This document shows, one piece after another, positions 1-8,473 of a stretch of 64,000 nucleotides of DNA (position 1 is its first letter; each line of letters opens with the position of its first letter). The notes beneath the pieces were generated by a model. The model made no database searches. It was not told where the DNA came from and was given only the letters and a program-made list of their open reading frames with translations. The translations under genes were made by a program, and so were the position numbers. Origin of the DNA: an uncultured Bacillales bacterium (GTDB taxonomy: Bacteria > Bacillota_I > Bacilli_A > RF39 > UBA660); the NCBI GenBank assembly GCA_946534345.1, contig CAMNCL010000002.1, forward strand, positions 97,010 to 161,009, read 5' to 3'.

Positions 1-1
1 T

Positions 2-412
2 TATAAAAAGTCATCTGATGATGGAGAACCTACTGGTACTGCAGGAGCTCCTATTATGAATGTCTTAGAGAAAGAAAACTTAAATAACATCCTAGTAGTA
101 ATAGTAAGATACTTTGGAGGTATAAAACTAGGTGCTGGAGGTTTAATAAGAGCTTATACAAAAGCTACTACAGAAGCATTAAAAGTAGCTGAATATATTG
201 AATTAGAAGAAGGTTATAAAGTAGAAATAGAATTTGATTATAATGAAGAAAAACAAATTAATTATATTTTAAATAATTCAGAAATAATATCTAAGAAATA
301 TGATAATACTATTACTTATCAATGTTTAGTTACTAAAGATACTTTAGATAAACTACATAATTATAATTATCAAGTATTAGAAAACTTACAAATAACAAAA
401 AAAGAAGACTAG
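2..412 (+). CDS. yigZ: YigZ/IMPACT family protein, 5'-truncated by the window edge
   Basis: Frame is open from position 2 and reads YKKSSDDGEPTGTAGAPIM...VVIVRYFGGIKLGAGGLIRAY, the characteristic YigZ motifs. Confidence 0.92.
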   Translation, partial: YKKSSDDGEPTGTAGAPIMNVLEKENLNNILVVIVRYFGGIKLGAGGLIRAYTKATTEALKVAEYIELEEGYKVEIEFDYNEEKQINYILNNSEIISKKYDNTITYQCLVTKDTLDKLHNYNYQVLENLQITKKED

Positions 413-729
413 ATCTTCTTTTTCTTCCAAAATATTTTGACTATGTAGTATAAGAAAATAATCATTATAACTACAAAAGCCCATTTTAAAATAGTATTAA
501 ATAACTCTCCACTAGTTGTATATTTATCAATTATATTAAAGATACTCTCAGGTAAATATTTATCTATAATATTAGAAATATCTTTAAGAGGAATATTTAC
601 TTTTATAAAAGCTAATATTCTTAAGAATATATCTATTATTGCGATAAAGAATACAAATGAATTAAATCTATTAAAGAACATAATTACTAATATTAATAAT
701 ACTAATAAAACTATTAAATCTATATACAT
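409..729 (-). CDS. Small hypothetical membrane protein
   Basis: 106 aa, three hydrophobic segments, basic C-tail, GGAG RBS-like sequence upstream. Confidence 0.7.
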   Translation of the reverse strand: MYIDLIVLLVLLILVIMFFNRFNSFVFFIAIIDIFLRILAFIKVNIPLKDISNIIDKYLPESIFNIIDKYTTSGELFNTILKWAFVVIMIIFLYYIVKIFWKKKKI

Positions 730-847
730 ATAACCACTCCTATTATTAATTAATATTACACTATAAATGTCTTTTTTACAATAATTAATAGTGATATATT
801 TGACTTATATTATGATTTTTTAGTATATTTATAATAGAGGTGTAAAG

Positions 848-1480
848 ATGGAAAATAGATATACTTATGAAAAACCTGCAGATGAAAAATTATATGAAGA
901 AATGCGTAGAAAATCTCTTGAAGGTGAACCAGTAAAAAGAACTAGAAAGAAAGTTAGAATAAATAAGAAGAAAATGATTCGTAACTTAGCTGCCCTACTT
1001 ACTGTAACAGTTGGTATAACTCTAGCTGGTAATCATGTAGTTGGTAATATGAATGAAGCAATTCAAGAAAATGCTTTATATGGAGAACTATTCGAAGAAT
1101 ACTTAGATGAAGTATTTTATCCATCTATGCATCATGTAGATGGAACTGTAAGTGATTATTACTTAGATTATGATATGTTAGGTGATTATATTGATAATTC
1201 TTCTGATAAAGATTTAGCTCTTGCATTAACACAGACTGCTATTGAATCTAAAAATCTAAGTGATGATGAAAATCAAATGAATAAAATAATTGCAGAAACT
1301 AATTTAAATGTAGAATCATATGATGAATATCTAAGTAAGAATTATACTGGTTACGAAGATAAAGAAAAGTTTGTTAAAGATACTAAACATCGTTTAATGG
1401 AAGAAGCAAAGTCATCTGAATTAGCTAGTATGCAAGAAGAAAAGACTGAAACTCTAGAAGAAGGAGAAAAGAGTTTATGA
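848..1480 (+). CDS. Hypothetical single-TM protein with acidic C-terminal domain
   Basis: 210 aa ORF, AGAGGTG RBS, basic stretch then TM (NLAALLTVTVGITLAG). Confidence 0.7.
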   Translation: MENRYTYEKPADEKLYEEMRRKSLEGEPVKRTRKKVRINKKKMIRNLAALLTVTVGITLAGNHVVGNMNEAIQENALYGELFEEYLDEVFYPSMHHVDGTVSDYYLDYDMLGDYIDNSSDKDLALALTQTAIESKNLSDDENQMNKIIAETNLNVESYDEYLSKNYTGYEDKEKFVKDTKHRLMEEAKSSELASMQEEKTETLEEGEKSL

Positions 1481-1692
1481 GAGATGTTGAAGTAGTAGAT
1501 ATAAATGATAATACTTATATAATTTTAAAAGAAGTTAAACATAAAGAAACTTCATACTTATATTTATCTAATATAAATGATGAAGAAGATACTTTAATAA
1601 GAAAAAGTGATGGAGATAACCTAGTACCATTAGCTTCTGAAGAAGAATTTGAAATAGCTTGTAATTTACTAGTAAAAGAAGGTTTAATATAA
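1477..1692 (+). CDS. Small acidic protein, DUF1292-like
   Basis: 71 aa, ATGA overlap with the upstream gene, ends ...LVPLASEEEFEIACNLL like DUF1292 C-termini. Confidence 0.55.
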   Translation: MRDVEVVDINDNTYIILKEVKHKETSYLYLSNINDEEDTLIRKSDGDNLVPLASEEEFEIACNLLVKEGLI

Positions 1693-1717
1693 AAAAGCAC
1701 TTAAATAAGTGCTTTTT
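1691..1717. terminator. Bidirectional intrinsic terminator
   Basis: AAAAAAGCAC-TTAAATAA-GTGCTTTTT between convergent genes. Confidence 0.85.
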
Positions 1718-2282
1718 ATTTTATTATAAATTGATATAAATCAAGATTTGATATTTTACCAAGTTTTTGATATGAATAGTCTTTATCTATTAGTTTTTGT
1801 ACAATAACCATATCATTAGTATTAAATTTGATTTTATCTATCTTATTATTTCTATAATAAAGAATAAGATTATTATATTTATTATTATCTAATTCTAGCA
1901 TTTTATCTAAATAATTTAGAATATCTTCATTATTTGAAACTTTATCAAGTGAATCTATAATATCTTGGAAAATATCTTGATCATTTAAAGCAGAAATACT
2001 ACATTGTAATTTACCATTATCAGTGACAAACCCAATTCTAATGTTGTTTTTATTTATTGATGAAAGTAAATTAATAGTTTTACTTTTATTATTAACCACA
2101 AAAGCTATATAAGGTCTAGATGTTTCATCATCTTCGTGTCCTGTACAACAACCTATTGTTTCATAATCTCTCTGCCACATCTCTTTTAAAAGATTTTCCA
2201 GAATAGGATTTCCTTCAGAAAACTTTTTTGCATAATAATCTATCTTTTCCTTTATTTCATCATTAGATATTACATTATTCAT
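1716..2282 (-). CDS. Hypothetical protein with TIGCCTGH motif
   Basis: 188 aa ORF overlapping the xseB stop. Confidence 0.65.
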   Translation of the reverse strand: MNNVISNDEIKEKIDYYAKKFSEGNPILENLLKEMWQRDYETIGCCTGHEDDETSRPYIAFVVNNKSKTINLLSSINKNNIRIGFVTDNGKLQCSISALNDQDIFQDIIDSLDKVSNNEDILNYLDKMLELDNNKYNNLILYYRNNKIDKIKFNTNDMVIVQKLIDKDYSYQKLGKISNLDLYQFIIK

Positions 2283-2511
2283 CTTCTACTTTGAAGTCTA
2301 CTACTTCTCCATTATCTTTAACTAGCTTAGTAATAGCTTCTTCTGCTTTCTTTAATTTTTCATCACATGCTTTAGATAACTTCATTGCTTTATTAAATTC
2401 ATCTATCGCATCATCTAGAGGAACATCCCCTACTTCTAGTTTTTTTACTATCTTTTCTAATTCTTCTAAGCTTTCTTCAAAACTTAATTCTTTTTCTTTT
2501 TTTTCTGCCAT
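2275..2511 (-). CDS. xseB: Exodeoxyribonuclease VII small subunit
   Basis: SFEESLEELEKIVKKLEVGDVPLDDAIDEFNKAMKLSKACDEKL; AGGAGG RBS. Confidence 0.95.
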   Translation of the reverse strand: MAEKKEKELSFEESLEELEKIVKKLEVGDVPLDDAIDEFNKAMKLSKACDEKLKKAEEAITKLVKDNGEVVDFKVEDE

Positions 2512-2522
2512 AATCTAGCCTC

Positions 2523-2951
2523 CTAATTATTTAATATTACTTGATTACCACTCAAATGTGGTTTATTTCCATATTGTAGATCTTTTACAAGGAAAATAGT
2601 AGAAGTAATTACTACTATCACACTAACTATAATGAAAAAAGTACTTATCAAACTAAATCCATTAGTTTTATGAATAGATTTATAAGATACTATTTCTGCA
2701 ATACATATAGTGTAGATAAGGAAAAAGATGCCAATCATACAATCTGTATGAATTGTACTATCATCATATTGAAATTGGATAGTTGTTGCTCCACCACAAC
2801 TAAAACTACTATCAGAACCCTGTTCACATACATTTCCTACAATAGATACGTTTAAAATCCCATATATTAAAACTAAAAGTAATATACAAAGTACAATAGT
2901 ACCTATAAAAATAATAATACTATTATTGTGTCCTTTTCCATTGTCCAACAT
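2523..2951 (-). CDS. Hypothetical 3-TM membrane protein with Cys-containing loop
   Basis: 142 aa, AGGAGG RBS, three hydrophobic helices, C..CGG..C loop. Confidence 0.7.
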   Translation of the reverse strand: MLDNGKGHNNSIIIFIGTIVLCILLLVLIYGILNVSIVGNVCEQGSDSSFSCGGATTIQFQYDDSTIHTDCMIGIFFLIYTICIAEIVSYKSIHKTNGFSLISTFFIIVSVIVVITSTIFLVKDLQYGNKPHLSGNQVILNN

Positions 2952-2973
2952 AGTTTAACCTCCTAAATATTCT

Positions 2974-3378
2974 TTAAAAAATACATAATGTTAAAAATAT
3001 ACTTGCAGCAAAAGATGCTCCTTCAAGATATGTATAAATATTCCTAATAATAATATGTTTTTTTCTAATTATTACAAATATTACTATATTTGCGATTAAG
3101 CATACTATTCCTATTACACTAAACACAGGAGAATAATCCTCCATAAATTTTTCAGCTTCTTTTGCTTCTCTATCTGCTATTTCATGAAGCTTAATACATT
3201 CCTGATAATCACGTTGTGGTGTATCAATAGTACCACCGCAACCATATATATTACCAGGTATTGTTTTTACTGATTTTTGTAAAATAATTCCAGCACAAAA
3301 TAAACTAACTGCAGTTATAACTATAATTAAAATTTTTAATATAGTATAATTATTAATCTTTTCTTTTTTTTCATCCAT
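2974..3378 (-). CDS. Hypothetical 3-TM membrane protein with Cys-containing loop
   Basis: 134 aa, AGGTG RBS, three hydrophobic helices, GCGG..C loop. Confidence 0.7.
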   Translation of the reverse strand: MDEKKEKINNYTILKILIIVITAVSLFCAGIILQKSVKTIPGNIYGCGGTIDTPQRDYQECIKLHEIADREAKEAEKFMEDYSPVFSVIGIVCLIANIVIFVIIRKKHIIIRNIYTYLEGASFAASIFLTLCIF

Positions 3379-3410
3379 TATTCAACACCTACTTATGTTA
3401 TCTATATGAT

Positions 3411-4664
3411 TTATATCACTTTAGCTTCTACACTACCATCTGAAAAAACCACTTCGATAGAATCATCTTTTTTTACTTTTTTGCAACTATCTACTACTTT
3501 ACCATCTTTCTTGGTCATTGTATAACCTCGTTTTAATGTAAGTAAAGGACTAAGTGTTTCTAATTTACTAATTAAATTTAAATATTTATTACTTTTCTCA
3601 TCTAGTAGTTTATAAGGGCTTTTTAATATATAAGAACTTTTTACTTCTACAAGTTTTTTCTCTTTTATATTTACTAGATTAATAGTACTATGTTTTAATC
3701 TTTCAATTAAGTTATCAAATATCATTTCTTTTGTTTGATAAATCATAATTGGATTTTTAAATACATTACTATTTTGTAAATCTATTAATCTTCTTCTATT
3801 ACTCTTTATTTGGTTAGTAATAGTATTATTTAATCTTATATTTACTTGATTTAAGTATTTAACTACATCTGCTAGTTGTGGAACTGCCATTTCTGCAGCT
3901 CCTGTTGGGGTTGGTGCTCTTAGATCTGCTACAAAGTCTGCTATAGTAAAGTCTATTTCATGTCCTACAGCACTAATAACAGGCGTAGAACAGTCAAATA
4001 TTGCTCTCGCAACTATTTCCTCATTAAAAGCCCAAAGGTCCTCAATAGAGCCTCCTCCACGTCCTACAATTAATGTATCTAATCCAAAGTTATCAGCATT
4101 CTTAATTTGCCTTACAATATCTTCTTTAGCACTTTCTCCTTGAACTAAAGCAGGAAATAAATATACTTCAGTTAAAGGCCATCTTCTCTTAATAGTAGAA
4201 ATAATATCCTTAATCGCAGCTCCTGTTGGTGCAGTAACTACTCCTACTCTTTTAGGAATCTTAGGAATAGGTTTCTTATGTCTATCATCAAATAAACCTT
4301 CATCTTGAAGTTTCTTCTTTAATTGTTCAAAAGCGATATATAAATTACCAATACCATCTTCAAGCATTTCATTTACATATATTTGATAACCACCATTAGC
4401 TTCAAAAACACTTATTTTACCAGTTACTAGTACTTTCATACCGTCTTGAGGCATAAACTTAACACTTCTAGTTTGAGATGAAAACATAACTGCATTAATC
4501 CTACTACCTTCATCTTTTAAAGTAAAATAGAAGTGTCCTCTACTATGAGCTTTAAAATTACTTATTTCACCCTTTAATAACACTTCATTTAAATTAACAT
4601 CGTTATCTATCTTATATTTAATATATCTAGTAAGTTGAGTTACAGATATATATTTATCATTCAT
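3411..4664 (-). CDS. xseA: Exodeoxyribonuclease VII large subunit
   Basis: GEISNFK.H.RGHFYFTLKD OB-fold, RGGGSIEDLWAFNEE, SAVGHEIDFTIADFVADLRAPTPTGAAE. Confidence 0.97.
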   Translation of the reverse strand: MNDKYISVTQLTRYIKYKIDNDVNLNEVLLKGEISNFKAHSRGHFYFTLKDEGSRINAVMFSSQTRSVKFMPQDGMKVLVTGKISVFEANGGYQIYVNEMLEDGIGNLYIAFEQLKKKLQDEGLFDDRHKKPIPKIPKRVGVVTAPTGAAIKDIISTIKRRWPLTEVYLFPALVQGESAKEDIVRQIKNADNFGLDTLIVGRGGGSIEDLWAFNEEIVARAIFDCSTPVISAVGHEIDFTIADFVADLRAPTPTGAAEMAVPQLADVVKYLNQVNIRLNNTITNQIKSNRRRLIDLQNSNVFKNPIMIYQTKEMIFDNLIERLKHSTINLVNIKEKKLVEVKSSYILKSPYKLLDEKSNKYLNLISKLETLSPLLTLKRGYTMTKKDGKVVDSCKKVKKDDSIEVVFSDGSVEAKVI

Positions 4665-4676
4665 ATACTCACCCCA

Positions 4677-5078
4677 CTATTTTTCTTCATCATGATATAT
4701 TTTATCTAGAACTCCATTAATCATCTTAGTAACAGATTCATCACTATATTTTTTAGATAATTCAATTGCTTCATTAATACATACAACAGATGGAGTATCA
4801 GTATACAACAATTCATATATACCTAATGATAAAATAGCTTGATCTACTTTACTTAATCTATCAATAGTCCAGTCCTTTAAATACTTATTAGCCTTAGATT
4901 CAATCTTCTTTTTATTCTTAATAATTCCATTTACTGAACTTTCTACAAAATCATTTTCTATCTCTAATTGTTCTTTAATTAAATCATCTATTTCATATGA
5001 AATATTAGCTTCATCATATAAATTAGCTTGATATAAAACTTTCATTATAATTTCTCTTAATTCACTACGATTTTTCAT
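4677..5078 (-). CDS. nusB: Transcription antitermination factor NusB
   Basis: RSELREIIMKVLYQ...WTIDRLSKVDQAILSLGIYEL...INEAIELSKKY...INGVLD; start moved to the ATG after the AGGTGA RBS. Confidence 0.95.
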   Translation of the reverse strand: MKNRSELREIIMKVLYQANLYDEANISYEIDDLIKEQLEIENDFVESSVNGIIKNKKKIESKANKYLKDWTIDRLSKVDQAILSLGIYELLYTDTPSVVCINEAIELSKKYSDESVTKMINGVLDKIYHDEEK

Positions 5079-5150
5079 AGATATCACCTACTTCATTTTA
5101 ACATATAATTAGTTATTTTAAAATAAAAACTATATGTTATTATCATATAG

Positions 5151-5732
5151 TTAACAGTAATATATTAATGAACCATTACTAGAAGTATTTAACCATTTAG
5201 TCAGATTAAATTTCTTTAATAATCCTTCATCACATATTTCTACAATTATATTATCATTTATATATTCTATAGATACAATAGTAGTCCAATGCCAAGAATC
5301 TATTTGTTTTTCACTACCATTATTTAGATTAAGAAAAGCTATAGGATGATCTAATTTAAGAGCTGCTTCTATATAATCTTTTATATCATCTATACCAGAA
5401 TTACTAAATTCTAGAATTTTACTATTAGATAATTCTAAATTACTAGTTTTAAGATATTTATTATATCCTTTCTGATACTTTTCTACTTTATCTACTCCCA
5501 TCATACCAGGAGTAATATAATTCCATAATTCATTCATTAAAAGAATAAAATCTTTTTTAGAATAGTTTTTATAATTACTTTTATTTAATTCATACATAGT
5601 AATAGTAGAAGCAGTAGTAGGACCACAACCAGCTAATCTTTTAAAATATGTACTATACCAGTCTTGATTACCACCGTAATAATAATTATCTATAAGTAAA
5701 TTATCTTTATTTAATGATACTTTCATAGTCAT
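5151..5732 (-). CDS. Peptidase C39-like (papain-fold) protein
   Basis: GCGPTTAS catalytic Cys motif and WHWTTIVSI His motif. Confidence 0.55.
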   Translation of the reverse strand: MTMKVSLNKDNLLIDNYYYGGNQDWYSTYFKRLAGCGPTTASTITMYELNKSNYKNYSKKDFILLMNELWNYITPGMMGVDKVEKYQKGYNKYLKTSNLELSNSKILEFSNSGIDDIKDYIEAALKLDHPIAFLNLNNGSEKQIDSWHWTTIVSIEYINDNIIVEICDEGLLKKFNLTKWLNTSSNGSLIYYC

Positions 5733-5776
5733 ACCTCTATAAATATAATATATAAAAATAGAACTATTCTCAAGTT

Positions 5777-8329
5777 CTATTTCTTATTATTAATTTCTTT
5801 CTTTAATTCATATAAATAATTTAATGCTTCCATTGGAGTCATCTCTAATGGATTAATATTCTTAATTTTCTCTTCTAGTTCATTTTTCTCTTCAACTATT
5901 TCATCTTCCATTAGTTCAAATAAACTAGTTTGAGTAAATGTCTCTTTATTCTTACTTTTCTTTTCGTAGACATTTAGAATATCATTTGCTCTATCAATTA
6001 AGCTCTTAGGAAGATGTGCTAGACTAGCAACATGTATTCCATAGCTTTTATCTACTGCGCCTGGTTTTACTTTATGTAAGAATGTAATAGTACCATTTTC
6101 TTCAACGGCTGATACATGAACATTTTTTAAATGTTTTAAGTCTTTTTCTAGAATTGTTAATTCATGATAATGAGTAGAAAACATAGTCTTAGCACCAATC
6201 TTATCATGAATATATTCAAGTATTGCTTGAGCAAGACTCATACCATCATATGTAGCAGTACCACGACCTAATTCATCAAATAATATTAAACTATTAGGTG
6301 TAGCTTCACTAATTGCGGTATTTGCTTCTTTCATCTCAACCATAAAAGTAGATTCACCACTTACTAAATCATCACTAGCTCCAATTCTTGTAAATATCTT
6401 ATCAAATATAGGTAATTTAGCCTTCTTACAAGGAACAAAACAACCAATTTGAGCCATTATAACTGTAATACCAAATTGACGCATATAAGTTGATTTACCC
6501 GCCATATTAGGACCTGTTATTAACTGAATTGTAGTTTTCTTATCCATAATAATATCATTAGGAATATATTTATCTCTAATAACTTGTTCAACTACTGGAT
6601 GACGACAATCAATAAGTTCTACTACACGGTCTTTTGATAGTTCAGGTCTAACAAAACTATATTGATCACTGGCTATTGAAAATGACTGTAACATATCAAC
6701 TTCACTAATAACTTTAGCCACTCTTTGTAAATCACTAACATATCTTTTAACTACTTCACGAATATCCATAAATAATTTATATTCTAATGAAATAATCTTC
6801 TCTTCGGCACCCAAAATAATATTTTCTTTTTCTTTTAAAACAGGAGTAATAAACCTTTCAGCGTTAGCTAGAGTTTGCTTTCTCTCGTATCCAAACTCTT
6901 CTTTAACTAAATTACTTTGTCCTTTACTTACTTCAATATAATAGCCAAATACTTTATTGAATCCTACTTTTAAATTCTTAATACCAGTTCTTTCCTTTTC
7001 AGACTGTTCCATCTCTAAAATAAAGTCTTTAGAACCACTACTAATCTTCTTTAATTCATCAAGTTCTTCATTATATCCTTCTTTGATTAATCCCCCTTCA
7101 TGTAATGTAAAAGGAGCATCCTCACAAATAGTTCTCTCTAACAGACTATATACTTCATCAAAAGTTTCAATAGTCTTATCAAACTTTAATTCTTCTAATA
7201 TTTTCTTAATAGTAGGTAATTCTTTTAAAGAACTTTTTAATTGTAATAAGTCTTTCGCATTTAAATTACCATAAGTAATTCTACCAACTAATCTTTCTAA
7301 ATCATAAACTTCATTCAATGATTTAATTAAATCATCTCTTAGAATAAACTCAGTACTTAGCTTTGATACTAAGTCATAACGTCTTTCTAATTCTTTTCTA
7401 TTAGTTAATGGATTTAATATATTATGTTTTAAATATCTACTTCCCATAGCAGTCTTACATTTATCAAGTAACCAAAGTAGACTATATTGTCTATCTCTAT
7501 TTCTAATAGTTTCAACTAATTCTAAATTATTTTTAGTATTAGTATCAAACTCTAAATATTCAGAAGATTTAACCACAACACATTCTTGTAGATGATGTAA
7601 ATCTCCTTTTTTAGCCTCTAGTATATAAAATAATAAATGTTTTAATGTACTAACTAATCTAATATCTTCAATATTTTTATAAATATAGTCATATTCATCA
7701 TTATCTATCTCTTCTTTTTGAATAGATACTAATATTTCATAATTACTTCTTAATATATCTACTATTCTACGATCAGTATTATCACTAACAATAACTTCTC
7801 TAAAACCATTTCTAACTATTTCTTTAATTACTTTATCTATATCACCATCTACTAAAGTAGCATATACTTCTCCAGTAGAAATATCTGCATAACTAATACC
7901 GTAACAATATTCAAATGAACAGATATTGGCAATATAATTATTACTCTTAGAATCTATATTAGAATCAATCTTAGTACCTTTAGTAACTACTTGAATGACA
8001 TCTCTTTTTACCATTCCCTTAACTTCTTTAGGATCTTCTAATTGTTCACAAATAGCTACTTTATACCCCTTCTCGATTAATTCATCAACGTAAGAAATAT
8101 AAGCATGATGAGGAATACCACACATAGGTACTCTTTCATCTAATCCCGCTTGTTTACCAGTTAAAGTTAATTCTAGTACTCGAGAAGCAGTAATCGCATC
8201 TTCAAAAAACATCTCATAAAAATCTCCAAGACGAAAGAAGATAATAGAATCATCATATTTATCTTTAATATCCATATATTGTTGCATCATAGGAGAAAGT
8301 TTACTTCTATCCACTTCACTTCTCTTCAT
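5777..8329 (-). CDS. mutS: DNA mismatch repair protein MutS (MutS1)
   Basis: SPMMQQY..IK, FFRLGDFYEMFFEDA, ITGPNMAGKSTYMRQ, STFMVEM, DELGRGT, FSTHYHEL. Confidence 0.98.
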   Translation of the reverse strand: MKRSEVDRSKLSPMMQQYMDIKDKYDDSIIFFRLGDFYEMFFEDAITASRVLELTLTGKQAGLDERVPMCGIPHHAYISYVDELIEKGYKVAICEQLEDPKEVKGMVKRDVIQVVTKGTKIDSNIDSKSNNYIANICSFEYCYGISYADISTGEVYATLVDGDIDKVIKEIVRNGFREVIVSDNTDRRIVDILRSNYEILVSIQKEEIDNDEYDYIYKNIEDIRLVSTLKHLLFYILEAKKGDLHHLQECVVVKSSEYLEFDTNTKNNLELVETIRNRDRQYSLLWLLDKCKTAMGSRYLKHNILNPLTNRKELERRYDLVSKLSTEFILRDDLIKSLNEVYDLERLVGRITYGNLNAKDLLQLKSSLKELPTIKKILEELKFDKTIETFDEVYSLLERTICEDAPFTLHEGGLIKEGYNEELDELKKISSGSKDFILEMEQSEKERTGIKNLKVGFNKVFGYYIEVSKGQSNLVKEEFGYERKQTLANAERFITPVLKEKENIILGAEEKIISLEYKLFMDIREVVKRYVSDLQRVAKVISEVDMLQSFSIASDQYSFVRPELSKDRVVELIDCRHPVVEQVIRDKYIPNDIIMDKKTTIQLITGPNMAGKSTYMRQFGITVIMAQIGCFVPCKKAKLPIFDKIFTRIGASDDLVSGESTFMVEMKEANTAISEATPNSLILFDELGRGTATYDGMSLAQAILEYIHDKIGAKTMFSTHYHELTILEKDLKHLKNVHVSAVEENGTITFLHKVKPGAVDKSYGIHVASLAHLPKSLIDRANDILNVYEKKSKNKETFTQTSLFELMEDEIVEEKNELEEKIKNINPLEMTPMEALNYLYELKKEINNKK

Positions 8330-8376
8330 ACTAATCACCAGTTTTTATTATAAATAAAATTATTAAAAAAGACAAT

Positions 8377-8421
8377 AAAAGAAGATCCAATTAATTTTAA
8401 CTTATTAAAGGATCTCCTTTT
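8377..8421 (-). terminator. Probable intrinsic terminator of the BspA-like gene
   Basis: AAAAGGAGATCC...GGATCTTCTTTT stem followed by U-rich sequence on the minus strand. Confidence 0.6.
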
Positions 8422-8473
8422 GTGGTTATAATATATCATATTTTTAGTGAAATTGCAATACTTATTATATAAA

